Source of the DNA: an uncultured Chloroflexia bacterium
Lineage (GTDB): Bacteria; Chloroflexota; Limnocylindria; Limnocylindrales; CSP1-4
Assembly: GCA_963709605.1 (NCBI GenBank)
Contig: CAVPWX010000019.1
Location: 21,120 to 85,119 of the forward strand
Length of the DNA stretch: 64,000 nt
Direction: 5' to 3'
Shown one piece after another: positions 24,978-34,264 of the stretch. Within the stretch, counting starts at the first letter, position 1. Each line of letters opens with the position of its first letter. The position numbers and the translations under genes were made by a program. Below the pieces are notes generated by a model that ran no database searches, was not told the origin of the DNA, and saw nothing but the letters and a program-made list of their open reading frames with translations.

Positions 24978-26242
24978 TCCTTCACGTACGGCGTCCCGTC
25001 CGCGGCGGGCATCCGGACCCGGCCCACGAGCCCCGCCACCACGACGATCGTGGTGATGTACGGGACCATGAGCAGGAACTCCGAGGGGACCGGCGAGCCC
25101 AGGATGGAGAGGCGACTCTGGAGCGCGTCGGCGAAGCCGAACACGAGGCTCGCGAGGAACGCCCCGATCGGCGTCCAGCCCCCGAAGATCATCGCGGCAA
25201 GGCCGATGAAGCCACGGCCCGCCGTCATCTCACGTTCGAAGCCGCCGGTGGAGCCCACCGTGAAGTAGGCACCGCCGAGGCCGGCGACCATGCCGCCGAG
25301 GATGACGTTGCGGTAGCGGGTGAAGTTGACGTTGATCCCCACGGTGTCCGCGGCCCGCGGGTGCTCGCCGACCGAGCGGACCCGGAGCCCGTAGCGCGTG
25401 TAGAAGAGCGCGAAGTGGATGACGATGATCAGCACGAACAGGGCGTAGGTGAAGAAGTTCCCCGAGAAGAAGATCGGGCCGATGATCGGGATGTCGGAGA
25501 GCACCGGGACCACGATCGGCTCGAAGCGCGGCGGGATGTTCAGCTCCTTGTTGGCGGACAGGACGCGCGTCGACAGGAAGGCCGTGAGGCCTGCTGCGAA
25601 GATGTTGATGACGGTCCCGGCGATGATCTGGTTGACCCGGTAGCGGATCGAGAGGACCGCCAGGACGAAGGCCAGCAGGCCGCCGACGATCACGGCACCG
25701 ATGACCCCGATCCAGTTGCTGCCGGTGATGCTCGACACGACGGCCGCGATGAAGGCGCCCGAGAGGAGCATTCCCTCGATCGCGATGTTCACGACGCCGG
25801 CTCGCTCGCAGAGGACGCCCGAGAGGGCGCCGAACGTGATCGGGACCGCCCGGTAGAGGGTCGTCTGGAAGATCCCGACGAGGCTCATCGACTTCCCCGC
25901 CGCGGCCCAGGTGAGGAACCCGAAGACGAAGGCAATGAGCGCGATGGAGAGGAGGATCGCCCACTTCGCGCCGATGGCCCGGGTGAGCTGGAGTGCCCCG
26001 CAGAAGGCGCAGATACCGGCCATCAAGTAGAGCGTCGGGCCGGTGGGGACGACGAGGTCGGGCAGCTTGATCGCCGGCGCCGCCCCGAGGTTGAGCCCGA
26101 AGGTCGTCTCGGTGCCCGCCTCGACGCCCCCGGCGAAGACGAGCGACAGGATCGCGGCGAGGGCGAAATAGAAGATCGCCAGCCCCAGCGAGCGCCGGGG
26201 GATGCTCCTGGCGGCGGGCACGGCCACGGCCGCCGCGCTCAC
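24974..26242 (-). CDS. ABC transporter permease (BMP/nucleoside-type)
   Basis: ORF 24974-26950 trimmed to GTG 26240-26242, which overlaps the stop of the upstream permease. The protein is multi-TM: ..RSLGLAIFYFALAAILSLVFAGG...VNIAIEGMLLSGAF. Confidence 0.8.
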   Translation of the reverse strand: MSAAAVAVPAARSIPRRSLGLAIFYFALAAILSLVFAGGVEAGTETTFGLNLGAAPAIKLPDLVVPTGPTLYLMAGICAFCGALQLTRAIGAKWAILLSIALIAFVFGFLTWAAAGKSMSLVGIFQTTLYRAVPITFGALSGVLCERAGVVNIAIEGMLLSGAFIAAVVSSITGSNWIGVIGAVIVGGLLAFVLAVLSIRYRVNQIIAGTVINIFAAGLTAFLSTRVLSANKELNIPPRFEPIVVPVLSDIPIIGPIFFSGNFFTYALFVLIIVIHFALFYTRYGLRVRSVGEHPRAADTVGINVNFTRYRNVILGGMVAGLGGAYFTVGSTGGFEREMTAGRGFIGLAAMIFGGWTPIGAFLASLVFGFADALQSRLSILGSPVPSEFLLMVPYITTIVVVAGLVGRVRMPAADGTPYVKE

Positions 26243-27552
26243 GTCCGCCACCCCTGGGCCATGATCTCCGTCCCCGTCGTCGGTTTCACCTTGATCCGGT
26301 AGATCTCGCGGATGAGCGCCGGCGCCGCCACGAACATGATGACGAGCGCCTGGATCACGACGACCAGGTCGATCGGGATCCCCGTCGCCGCCTGCATCGG
26401 CGTCGCCCCGGCGCGGAGCACACCGAAGAGGAGCGCGGCGAGGACGACCCCCAGCGGCGACGATCCGCCGAGCAGGGCGATCGCGATGCCGTCGAAGCCG
26501 TAGCCGGGCGAGAAGCCGGGCGTGAGGGCCTTGTTGACGCCCAGGATCTCCGTCGTGCCGGCGAGGCCGGCGAGGCCGCCGGAGATCGCCATCGTCAGGA
26601 TCAGCGCCCGCGAGATGTTGATGCCGGCGTACCTCGCGGCCGACGGGTTGAAGCCGACCGCCCGGAACTCGAAGCCGAGCGTCGAGCGGAAGAGCAGCCA
26701 CGAGACGGCGCCGGCCGCGACGAGGGCCAGGACGAACGCCCAGTTGACCCGCAGCCCCTCGATGATCGGCGGGATCATCGCCGTCGGCTCGACGATCGGC
26801 GAGATCGGGTCGCTGCGGCCCGGCCGCTGGTACCACGGCTGGCGCAGGACCCAGTTGAGGAGCTGGTAGGAGATGTAGTTGAGCATGATCGTGACGATCA
26901 CCTCGTGGGCTCCCGTGCGAGCCTTGAGCAGGCCCGGGATGAAGCCCCACAGGGCCCCGCCCAGGAAGCCGGCCGCGATCGCCAGCGGCAGGTGGATGAT
27001 CAGCGGCAGCCCGGTGATCGAGAAGCCGACGAAGGTGGCCACGATCGCCCCGAGGTAGAGCTGGCCCTCGGCGCCGATGTTGAAGAGGCCGGCCCGGAAG
27101 CCGAGGGCGACGGCCAGGCCGGTGAAGATGAGGGGCGTCGCCGCCAAGAGCGACTCGCTGATCGGGTTGAACGCCGCCTTGATCTGGTCGAGGTCGCCCG
27201 AGGCGAACGCCTCGAGGTAGGCCTGCGGGCTTCCGAGCGCGCCCGTGAACAGGGCCCCGTAGCCTTCGGCGACGGCGGCGATCGACTCCTGCAGCGCCTT
27301 GAGCGGGTCGGTCGTCCAGAGCGCGATGAGCTCCTGGTCCGACAGGACGATGACGAAGGCGCCGATGAGGAGCGCGGTGAAGACGGCGAGGACGGGGACG
27401 ACGAGGGCGTCGGCGATGCGCCGGGCCCGGCCGGCAGCCTCCGCCCCGGCCGTCCCGTCGCGGGCCGGCGGCTCAGGCGCGCTCCGCTCGGGCTCCGCGG
27501 GCTGCGACGGCGCGGTCGCCGGCCCGTCGGGGGGTCGCTCCAGCTCGCTCAT
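26239..27552 (-). CDS. ABC transporter permease (BMP/nucleoside-type)
   Basis: ORF 26239-27552. Motif FNIGAEGQLYLGAIVATFVGF. It overlaps the ATPase gene by 4 nt. Confidence 0.8.
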   Translation of the reverse strand: MSELERPPDGPATAPSQPAEPERSAPEPPARDGTAGAEAAGRARRIADALVVPVLAVFTALLIGAFVIVLSDQELIALWTTDPLKALQESIAAVAEGYGALFTGALGSPQAYLEAFASGDLDQIKAAFNPISESLLAATPLIFTGLAVALGFRAGLFNIGAEGQLYLGAIVATFVGFSITGLPLIIHLPLAIAAGFLGGALWGFIPGLLKARTGAHEVIVTIMLNYISYQLLNWVLRQPWYQRPGRSDPISPIVEPTAMIPPIIEGLRVNWAFVLALVAAGAVSWLLFRSTLGFEFRAVGFNPSAARYAGINISRALILTMAISGGLAGLAGTTEILGVNKALTPGFSPGYGFDGIAIALLGGSSPLGVVLAALLFGVLRAGATPMQAATGIPIDLVVVIQALVIMFVAAPALIREIYRIKVKPTTGTEIMAQGWRT

Positions 27553-29168
27553 CCGGCCGTCCCTCCGTGCATCGCCTCCGGGCTGTCGGCGTGGGGTGGG
27601 GTTGGTGGGGGCGGGACCCCGGCGCCGGGCGGCGACCCCGGCGCGACGCCGTGCGCCTCGGCGTCCTCGAACGCGCCGCCCATGTAGAGGCCGAGCCGCT
27701 CCGGTGTCGCCTCCGCCGGGTCGAGGATCGCCACGATCTGCCCGTGGTACATGACCGCGATCCGGTCGCCGAGCGCGAGGACCTCATCGAGCTCCGTCGA
27801 GACGATGAGGACGGCCGCGCCCTCGTCGCGCTTCTGCACGATCCGCCGGTGGATGTACTCGATCGAGCCGACGTCGAGGCCGCGCGTCGGCTGGGCGGCG
27901 ACGAGGAGCTTGATCGGGCGCGAGAACTCGCGGGCCACGATCACCTTCTGCTGGTTGCCGCCGGACAAGTTCGCGGCCTGGTTGAGGATGCTCGGCGTGC
28001 GGACGTCGAACTGGTCGACCAGGCTCGCGGCCGTGGCCAGGATCGCGTCGCGATGGAGTCGCACGCCGTCGGCGAACGGCTTCAGGTAGTACGTGTTGAG
28101 GACCATGTTCTCGGCGATCGTGAAGGCCGGGACGAGCCCCTCCTCGAGGCGGTCCTCGGGCACGTGGGCAACGCCGGCTTCGAAGATGCGCCGCGGATCG
28201 GGCCGGATGGCCCGGCCGGCGATCGAGATCGACCCGGCCGCCGTCCGGCGCAGGCCGGTGATCGCCTCGACGAGCTCCGTCTGCCCGTTGCCCTGGACTC
28301 CGGCCACGGCGACGATCTCGCCGGCGTGCACGACGAGATCGAGGTCCCGCACCGCCTGGTGGCTGCGGTCGTCGAGGACCGAGAGCCCGGCGATCTCGAG
28401 CACGGGCTCCGCGGGGCTCGCGGCGCTCTTCTCCACCTCCAGCTCCACCGGGCGGCCGACCATCATCTGGGCCAGCGACTGCTGGGTGGCCTCGGCGGGA
28501 ACGGCCGTTCCGACCACCTTGCCGCGCCGCAGCACGGTGATCCGGTCGGAGATCTCGAGGACCTCGTTGAGCTTGTGGGTAATGAAGATGATCGAGGTCC
28601 CGCCGGCCTGGAGCGAGCGCATGATCTCGAAGAGCTCCTCGGTCTCCTGGGGCGTCAGGACCGCCGAGGGCTCGTCGAGGACGAGCAGGTCGGAGCGACG
28701 GTAGAGGGTCTTGATGATCTCCACGCGCTGCCGGACGCCCACCGGCAGATCCTCCACGAGGGCGTCGGGGTCGACATGCAGGTTGTGCCGCTCGGAGATC
28801 TCCAGGATCCGGGCGCGGGCCGTCGCCTTGTCGAGGACCATGAGGGGCCCGCGCGTCGACTCCACGCCGAGCATCACGTTCTCGGTCACCGTGAAGACGG
28901 GGACCAGCATGAAGTGCTGGTGGACCATCCCGATGCCGGCCTTGATCGCGTCTCCCGGGTCGCGGAACGTGACCGGCGTGCCGTCGATGAGGATCTCGCC
29001 CTCGTCCTGCTTGTACAGGCCGTAGAGGACGTTCATCAGCGTGGTCTTGCCCGCGCCGTTCTCGCCGAGGAGCGCGTGGATCTCCCCCGGCTCGACCGTG
29101 AGGTCGACACCCTCGTTGGCGATGACCCCGGGGAAGCGCTTGGTGATCCCGCGGAGCTCGAGCCTCAC
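27549..29168 (-). CDS. ABC transporter ATP-binding protein with duplicated ATPase domains
   Basis: ORF 27549-29168. Walker A GENGAGKTTLMN, LSGG signature motifs, and a second domain GVQGNGQTEL / LSGGNQQK. Confidence 0.9.
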   Translation of the reverse strand: MRLELRGITKRFPGVIANEGVDLTVEPGEIHALLGENGAGKTTLMNVLYGLYKQDEGEILIDGTPVTFRDPGDAIKAGIGMVHQHFMLVPVFTVTENVMLGVESTRGPLMVLDKATARARILEISERHNLHVDPDALVEDLPVGVRQRVEIIKTLYRRSDLLVLDEPSAVLTPQETEELFEIMRSLQAGGTSIIFITHKLNEVLEISDRITVLRRGKVVGTAVPAEATQQSLAQMMVGRPVELEVEKSAASPAEPVLEIAGLSVLDDRSHQAVRDLDLVVHAGEIVAVAGVQGNGQTELVEAITGLRRTAAGSISIAGRAIRPDPRRIFEAGVAHVPEDRLEEGLVPAFTIAENMVLNTYYLKPFADGVRLHRDAILATAASLVDQFDVRTPSILNQAANLSGGNQQKVIVAREFSRPIKLLVAAQPTRGLDVGSIEYIHRRIVQKRDEGAAVLIVSTELDEVLALGDRIAVMYHGQIVAILDPAEATPERLGLYMGGAFEDAEAHGVAPGSPPGAGVPPPPTPPHADSPEAMHGGTAG

Positions 29169-29250
29169 CCCTCCCTGCCCTCCCTGATAGGTGACAGGCG
29201 GCGTCCCGGAGGACGCCGCCTGTCACTGGCTCACGCTCGGTGGACGACGG

Positions 29251-30381
29251 CTAGGGGGCGAAGTAGTCGGCGACCTTCACCTCGCCGGAGATGATCTTGT
29301 TCTTGAGGGCGGTCGCGCCGTCCTTCAGCTCCTGCGGGACCGCGGCCTCGAAGTCGTTGAAGGGACCCATGTCGACGCCGCCGTTGGCCAGCGTGCTGAT
29401 GAAGACCGCGGCGGGGGGCTCACCGGCGATGCCGCGCAGGACCGCGCCAGCGACCGAGACGTCGATCTTCTTCAGGATGCTGGTCAGGAGGACGTCCCGG
29501 TACTGCGGGGCCGACTGGACCCAGTCGACGTCGACGCCGATGCCGTAGTCCTGGGCCGTCGACTCCTGGAGCGCCGCGTAGGCGCCGCCGCCGATCGGGC
29601 CGCCGACCGGCAGGATGACGTCGGCGCCCTCCTGGATCATCGGGACCGCGATGGCCTTGGCGTTGTCAAGCGACTCGAAGTCGCCGGTGAAGGAGCCTTC
29701 CTTCTTGACCGGGTCCCAGCCGAGGACCCGGACGCTGGTGCCCTTCTCCTTGTTGTAGTAGTTGGCGCCGGCCACGAAGCCGTCCATGAAGTCGGTGACC
29801 GGGCCGCCGATGTTGATACCGCCGAACGTGCCCATGATCCCGGACTTGGACATCCCGGCCGAGACGTAGCCGACGAGCATGGCCGCCTCGTTCGTCGTGT
29901 AGACGAGGCCCTCGACGTTCGGGATCGGCGGGTCGTAGGCGAAGTCGACGATCGCGAACCGGATGCTGGGGTTCGCCTCGGCGGCGGCCTTCGTGGCGTC
30001 GCCGAGCAGGAACCCGACGGTCACGATCATGTCGCAGCCTTCGGTGACGAACTGGTTGATGTTCTTCTCGTAGTCGGTGGCCGCGCGGGACTCGAGGAAC
30101 TTGACCTCGGCGCCGGTCGCGGCCCCAACGTCCTCCATGCCCTTCCAGGCGTTCTCGTTGAAGCTGTTGTCGTCGATGCCGCCGACGTCGCTGACCATGC
30201 AGGCCTTGTAGTCGACGGGCGCGGCCGTCGGGGCCTCGGTCGGGGCCTCGGTCGGCGCCTCGGTTGGCGCCGCCGTCGGGGCCTCGGTGGGCACGGGAGT
30301 CGGGGTGGCCCCCGCGCCGCATGCGGCGACGAGGATGGAGGCTGCTGCGAACGTGGCGAGCAGCCCACGAGTCGTGCGCAA
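29251..30381 (-). CDS. BMP-family (PnrA/Med-like) substrate-binding lipoprotein
   Basis: ORF 29251-31038 trimmed to TTG 30379-30381, 6 nt after GGAGGA. Lipobox ILVAAC, a TEAP-repeat linker, then ACMVSDVGGIDDNSFNENAWKG. Confidence 0.85.
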   Translation of the reverse strand: MRTTRGLLATFAAASILVAACGAGATPTPVPTEAPTAAPTEAPTEAPTEAPTAAPVDYKACMVSDVGGIDDNSFNENAWKGMEDVGAATGAEVKFLESRAATDYEKNINQFVTEGCDMIVTVGFLLGDATKAAAEANPSIRFAIVDFAYDPPIPNVEGLVYTTNEAAMLVGYVSAGMSKSGIMGTFGGINIGGPVTDFMDGFVAGANYYNKEKGTSVRVLGWDPVKKEGSFTGDFESLDNAKAIAVPMIQEGADVILPVGGPIGGGAYAALQESTAQDYGIGVDVDWVQSAPQYRDVLLTSILKKIDVSVAGAVLRGIAGEPPAAVFISTLANGGVDMGPFNDFEAAVPQELKDGATALKNKIISGEVKVADYFAP

Positions 30382-30555
30382 GGACACTCCTCCTTTTGCG
30401 CGGCCCGCGCTTCGCGGCCGGGAGACCGGCCGGGAGCCGCGGGGGCGTGACACTAGGATCGCTCCCCGCCTCCTGCGGGGGCGATCGGGGGGGCCGGCAA
30501 TCCGGTTCGAGGTGGAGTATGCACGGCGCGCAAGGCCGCGTGCAATGATCCTGCA

Positions 30556-31048
30556 ATGGTTGGCGACGACCGCGCCCGGCTGGCCGAGGTGCTCGATCTC
30601 CAGGAGGGGCGGGGGCCCGTTCCCGTGCTCGACGAGGCGGCGCTCGTGGCGCTGCTCGGGAGCCGGCCGCGCGTGGCCGTCGTGGGCGTCTCGGACCGCC
30701 CGGGGCGCCCGTCGCGGGAGGTCTTCCTGGCGTTGCGCCGGGCCGGCCTCGACGTCGTGCCCGTCACGCCGCGGTTCGCCTCGGTGGGCGGGGTGCCCGC
30801 CTATCCCGACCTGGCCGCCGCGGCTGCCGCCACCGGTCCCTTCGACATCGTCGACGTCTTCCGGCGGGCCGAGGAGCTGCCCGCCCCACGCCGTGGAGGC
30901 CGTGGCGACCGGCGCCCGCGTCCTCTGGCTGCAGCTCGGGATCGTCAGCTGGGAGGCGGCCCGGATCGCCCACGCGGGCGGGCTCGGTGTCGTGATGGAT
31001 CGCTGCCTCTCCGTGGAGCTCTGGCGCCTGGGCGGCACGGGCGGCTGA
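30556..31048 (+). CDS. CoA-binding domain protein; apparent +1 frameshift in a C-run at 30884-30887
   Basis: ORF 30556 (..RVAVVGVSDRPGRPSREVFLALRRAGLDVVPV..FDIVDVFRRAEELPA) continues in the frame of ORF 30287-31048 as HAVEAVATGARVLWLQLGIVSWEAARIAHAGGLGVVMDRC. Confidence 0.7.
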
Positions 31049-31134
31049 GGCGCGCCGGCGGCCCGAGCGGCTGGGCGGCTGGGCGGCGCCCGCCGCGCAC
31101 CGAGGGCTGGGCGGCTGGGCCGTCGATGCGGCGC

Positions 31135-31419
31135 TCAGCCCGCGGCGAGGATGAACCCCACGATCACCAGCGCAACGCCGACCGTCGCGACCGCGGCCCA
31201 GGTCCGGGCCTCCCGGCGCAGGAGCGCCATGGCGACCGACGCGCCGGTCTTCTCGTCGGCCGCTGAGCCGGGGCCGCCGCGCCAGGCGCGGTAGCGCTCC
31301 GCGTTGGCGTCCTGCGCCTTCAGGGCCTGGTAGCGCCGCCAGGGCTCGCGTGCCCGGGCGTAGCCGAGGGCGAAGAGGACCACGCCCACGGCGACCAGCC
31401 CATAGCCCAGCAGCGTCAC
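31135..31419 (-). CDS. small two-TM membrane protein (94 aa)
   Basis: ORF 31135-31419. The GTG start overlaps the gatB stop (GTGA at 31416-31419). Sequence: MTLLGYGLVAVGVVLFALGYARAREPW...AAVATVGVALVIVGFILAAG. Confidence 0.6.
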   Translation of the reverse strand: MTLLGYGLVAVGVVLFALGYARAREPWRRYQALKAQDANAERYRAWRGGPGSAADEKTGASVAMALLRREARTWAAVATVGVALVIVGFILAAG

Positions 31420-32937
31420 GCCTCACCTCCCGATCCCAGGCGATCGCGCAGGGCCGCCTGCACGAGCGCCGCGTTGGCCTGCCCGCGCGACGCCTTCATG
31501 ACCTGGCCGACGAGGAACCCGACGGCCTGCGCCTTGCCGGCGCGGAAGTCGGCCACGGCACCCGGGTTCGCCGCGATCACCTCGTCGACCAGCCGCCCGA
31601 CGGCGCCGGCGTCCGAGATCTGGGCGAAGTCGCGCGCGGCGATGAGGTCGCGCGCGGGCGTCCCGCCGGCGATGTGGTCGGCCACGACCTCGCGGGCGTT
31701 CGGCCGGCTGAGGCGCCCGCCGAGGATCTCGCCCAGGACGTATGCCAGCGAGGCCGCGTCCGCACGGCCCGCCAGCCCGGTGGGCGTGCGCTCGGCCGTC
31801 TCCTTGAGGGCCCGCCCGTAGTCGCCGGTGACGAGGTTGGCGACCTCCTTCGCCGGCAGCCCTGGCCCGGCGGCGCGGATCGCCTCGAAGGCGACGGCCA
31901 TCGCCTCGTCGTTCACCAGGACCGCGGCGTCGTACGGCGAGAGGCCCAGCTCGCCGACGTACCGTGCCCGGCGGGCGGCCGGGAGCTCGGGCAGGCGCGC
32001 CCGGATCGCGTCCAGCCAGGCCGGGTCGATGTGGAGCGGCGGCAGGTCGGGCTCGGGGAAGTAGCGGTAGTCGTCCGAGGATTCCTTGACCCGCATGACG
32101 TACGTCGCGCCCTTCACGTCGTCCCAGCCGCGGGTCTCCTGGCGGAGCGGCTCGCCGGCGTCGAGGGCGGCCGCCTGGCGCTCGATCTCGAAGGCGATCG
32201 CCCGCTCGACCGCCCGGATCGAGTTCATGTTCTTGACCTCGACGCGGGTCCCGAAGGGCTCCGTGCCCCACGGCCGCAGCGACACGTTCGCCTCGACCCG
32301 CATCTGCCCGTTCTCCATCTCGGCATCGGAGACGCCGATCGTCCGCAGCAGGAGCCGCAGCTCCTCGGCGTAGCGGCGCGCCTGCTCGGCGCTCCGGATC
32401 TCCGGCTCGGTGACGATCTCCATGAGCGGCACGCCGGCCCGGTTGAAGTCGACCAGGCTCACCCGGCTCCCGTCCGGGCCGGTCGCGTGGACGAGCTTGG
32501 CGGTGTCCTCCTCGAGGTGGGCCCGGGTGATGCCGATCGTCACGGGCCCCTCCGAGGTGTCCACCGTCAGCGACCCCTGCGAGGCGAGCGGCAGGTCGTA
32601 CTGGCTGATCTGGTAGCCCTTGGGGAGGTCCGGGTAGAAGTAGTTCTTGCGGTCCCAGCGCGTCGCCGGCGGGACCGTCGCCCCGATCGCCAGGCCGGTC
32701 GTCAGGACGTGCTCGACGGCGGCCCGGTTGATCGTCGGCAGGACGCCGGGCAGCGCCAGGCAGACCGGGCAGGTGTGGGTGTTGGGGGCGGCGTCGGGGT
32801 CGGCGCACGGCGCAGGAGCAGAACATCTTGCTCGCGGTCCGGACCTGGCAGTGGACCTCGATCCCGATGACCGCCTCGTAGCGCTCGAGGGCGGCATGGG
32901 CCGACGACCCGGGAGCCGAGGCCGACGCCGCGCTCAC
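31416..32937 (-). CDS. gatB: Asp/Glu-tRNA amidotransferase subunit B; apparent +1 frameshift near 32802-32811
   Basis: ORF 31416-32897 carries ..ADPDAAPNTHTCPVCLALPGVLPTIN...FYPDLPKGYQISQYD... to the C-terminus. The N-terminus VSAASA..ERYEAVIGIEVHCQVRTASKMFCSCA is in the adjacent frame, starting at GTG 32935-32937. Confidence 0.9.
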
Positions 32938-33203
32938 GACAGCCCCCCGAGGACCGAGCCGGTCGAGCGCGAGGAAGAGCCCGTAGAGGGCCAGGGCGAG
33001 CCAGGCGAGCGGCGGCGACAACCGAGCGGGCGGCCCGGCGCACGCCTGTCCGCGCGTGGAGCGGCCGCGCGGCGTCGATCGCCGCTCGCGTCGGGTCGCC
33101 CTCGCCGCACGGCCGGCGCGATCGCCTCCCGCGCGTTCCGGTAGCCGGACCAGGTGCCGACCACGGCGAGGGCGAGGCCACAGGCCATGAGCAGGAGACC
33201 CAT
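32934..33203 (-). CDS. small membrane protein, possible paralogue of 31135-31419
   Basis: ORF 32934-33203. The TGA stop overlaps the gatB GTG (GTGA). N-terminal TM MGLLLMACGLALAVVGTWSGYRNAREA. A second TM-like segment (LAWLALALYGLFLAL) appears only in another frame, so internal indels are possible. Confidence 0.35.
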   Translation of the reverse strand: MGLLLMACGLALAVVGTWSGYRNAREAIAPAVRRGRPDASGDRRRAAAPRADRRAPGRPLGCRRRSPGSPWPSTGSSSRSTGSVLGGLS

Positions 33204-33284
33204 GGCCGAGAGTGTCGCACAGGACCCGGCGCCCGTGGAGGAGGCCGGCCGCCCGCGGAGGAGCTCGGGCGGCCGGCCGGGGGT

Positions 33285-34262
33285 TCAGCAGGGGCCGGAA
33301 TCCGGGTCGCGTCGGCAGCCGACCAGGTGGCCCGGCTCGATCTCGACCAGGGCGGGGGCCATCCCCGCGGCGGCGGCACTCCCCGCAGCGGCGGGGCCGG
33401 CCGGGACGACGGCGTGGTACGGGCACGGCTCCTCGAACAACTTCGCGCCCGCGCTCCACATCGCCGCGACCTCGCCCTTCGTGCCCCACCGGTCGTGGAG
33501 CTGCGGGACTGCGGCCAGCAGCGCCTTCGTGTACGGGTGGAGCGGGTTGCCGAAGACCAGCGCCGTCGGGCCCATCTCCACGACGCGGCCGCGGCGGAGG
33601 ATCAGCGTCCGCTCGCTGATGTAGTTGCCGAGCGACAGGTCGTGGGTGATGAAGAGGATCCCCAGCCCCTTGGCCTTGAGGTCGCCGAGCAGGTTGAGGA
33701 CGTCGATCCGCGTCGACGCGTCGAGCATGCTGATGATCTCGTCGGCGACGAGGTAGCGGGTGTCCAGCATCAGCGCCCGCGCGATCAGGAGCCGCTGGAC
33801 CTGACCGCCGCTCAGCTGGTGCGGGTACTTGTGGAGGACCTGGCCCGGTTCCAGGTTGACGGTGGCCAGGGACGCCGCCTGCTTCTCCTGCCAGGCGCCG
33901 CCGCCGAGGTCGCGGAAGTAGACGTCGCGGAGGACGTTGAAGAGGTGGTCCACCTTGAAGATGGGGTTGCACGAGCTGAAGGGATCCTGGAAGACACCCT
34001 GGACCCGCCGGTAGTAGTCCTTGAGCGCGGCACCCTTCAGGCCCGCCACGTCGACGCCGTCGACGGTGATCGTCCCGTCGTTGACCGCGAGCAGGCGCAG
34101 GATCATCTTCCCGATCGTCGACTTGCCGCTCCCGCTCTCGCCGATGAGCGAGACCACCTCGCCCTCGTGGAGGTCGAACGAGACGTCGCGGACGGCACGC
34201 AGCTCCTTGCCGCCGAAGAGGCCCACCTTGTAGGTCTTGCCGACCCGGTCGAGCGTCAGCAT
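33285..34262 (-). CDS. ABC transporter ATP-binding protein (OppF/DppF-like)
   Basis: ORF 33285-34334 trimmed to ATG 34260-34262. Sequence: MLTLDRVGKTYKV..LIGESGSGKSTIG..LSGGQVQRLLIARAL. Confidence 0.85.
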   Translation of the reverse strand: MLTLDRVGKTYKVGLFGGKELRAVRDVSFDLHEGEVVSLIGESGSGKSTIGKMILRLLAVNDGTITVDGVDVAGLKGAALKDYYRRVQGVFQDPFSSCNPIFKVDHLFNVLRDVYFRDLGGGAWQEKQAASLATVNLEPGQVLHKYPHQLSGGQVQRLLIARALMLDTRYLVADEIISMLDASTRIDVLNLLGDLKAKGLGILFITHDLSLGNYISERTLILRRGRVVEMGPTALVFGNPLHPYTKALLAAVPQLHDRWGTKGEVAAMWSAGAKLFEEPCPYHAVVPAGPAAAGSAAAAGMAPALVEIEPGHLVGCRRDPDSGPC

Positions 34263-34264
34263 CG

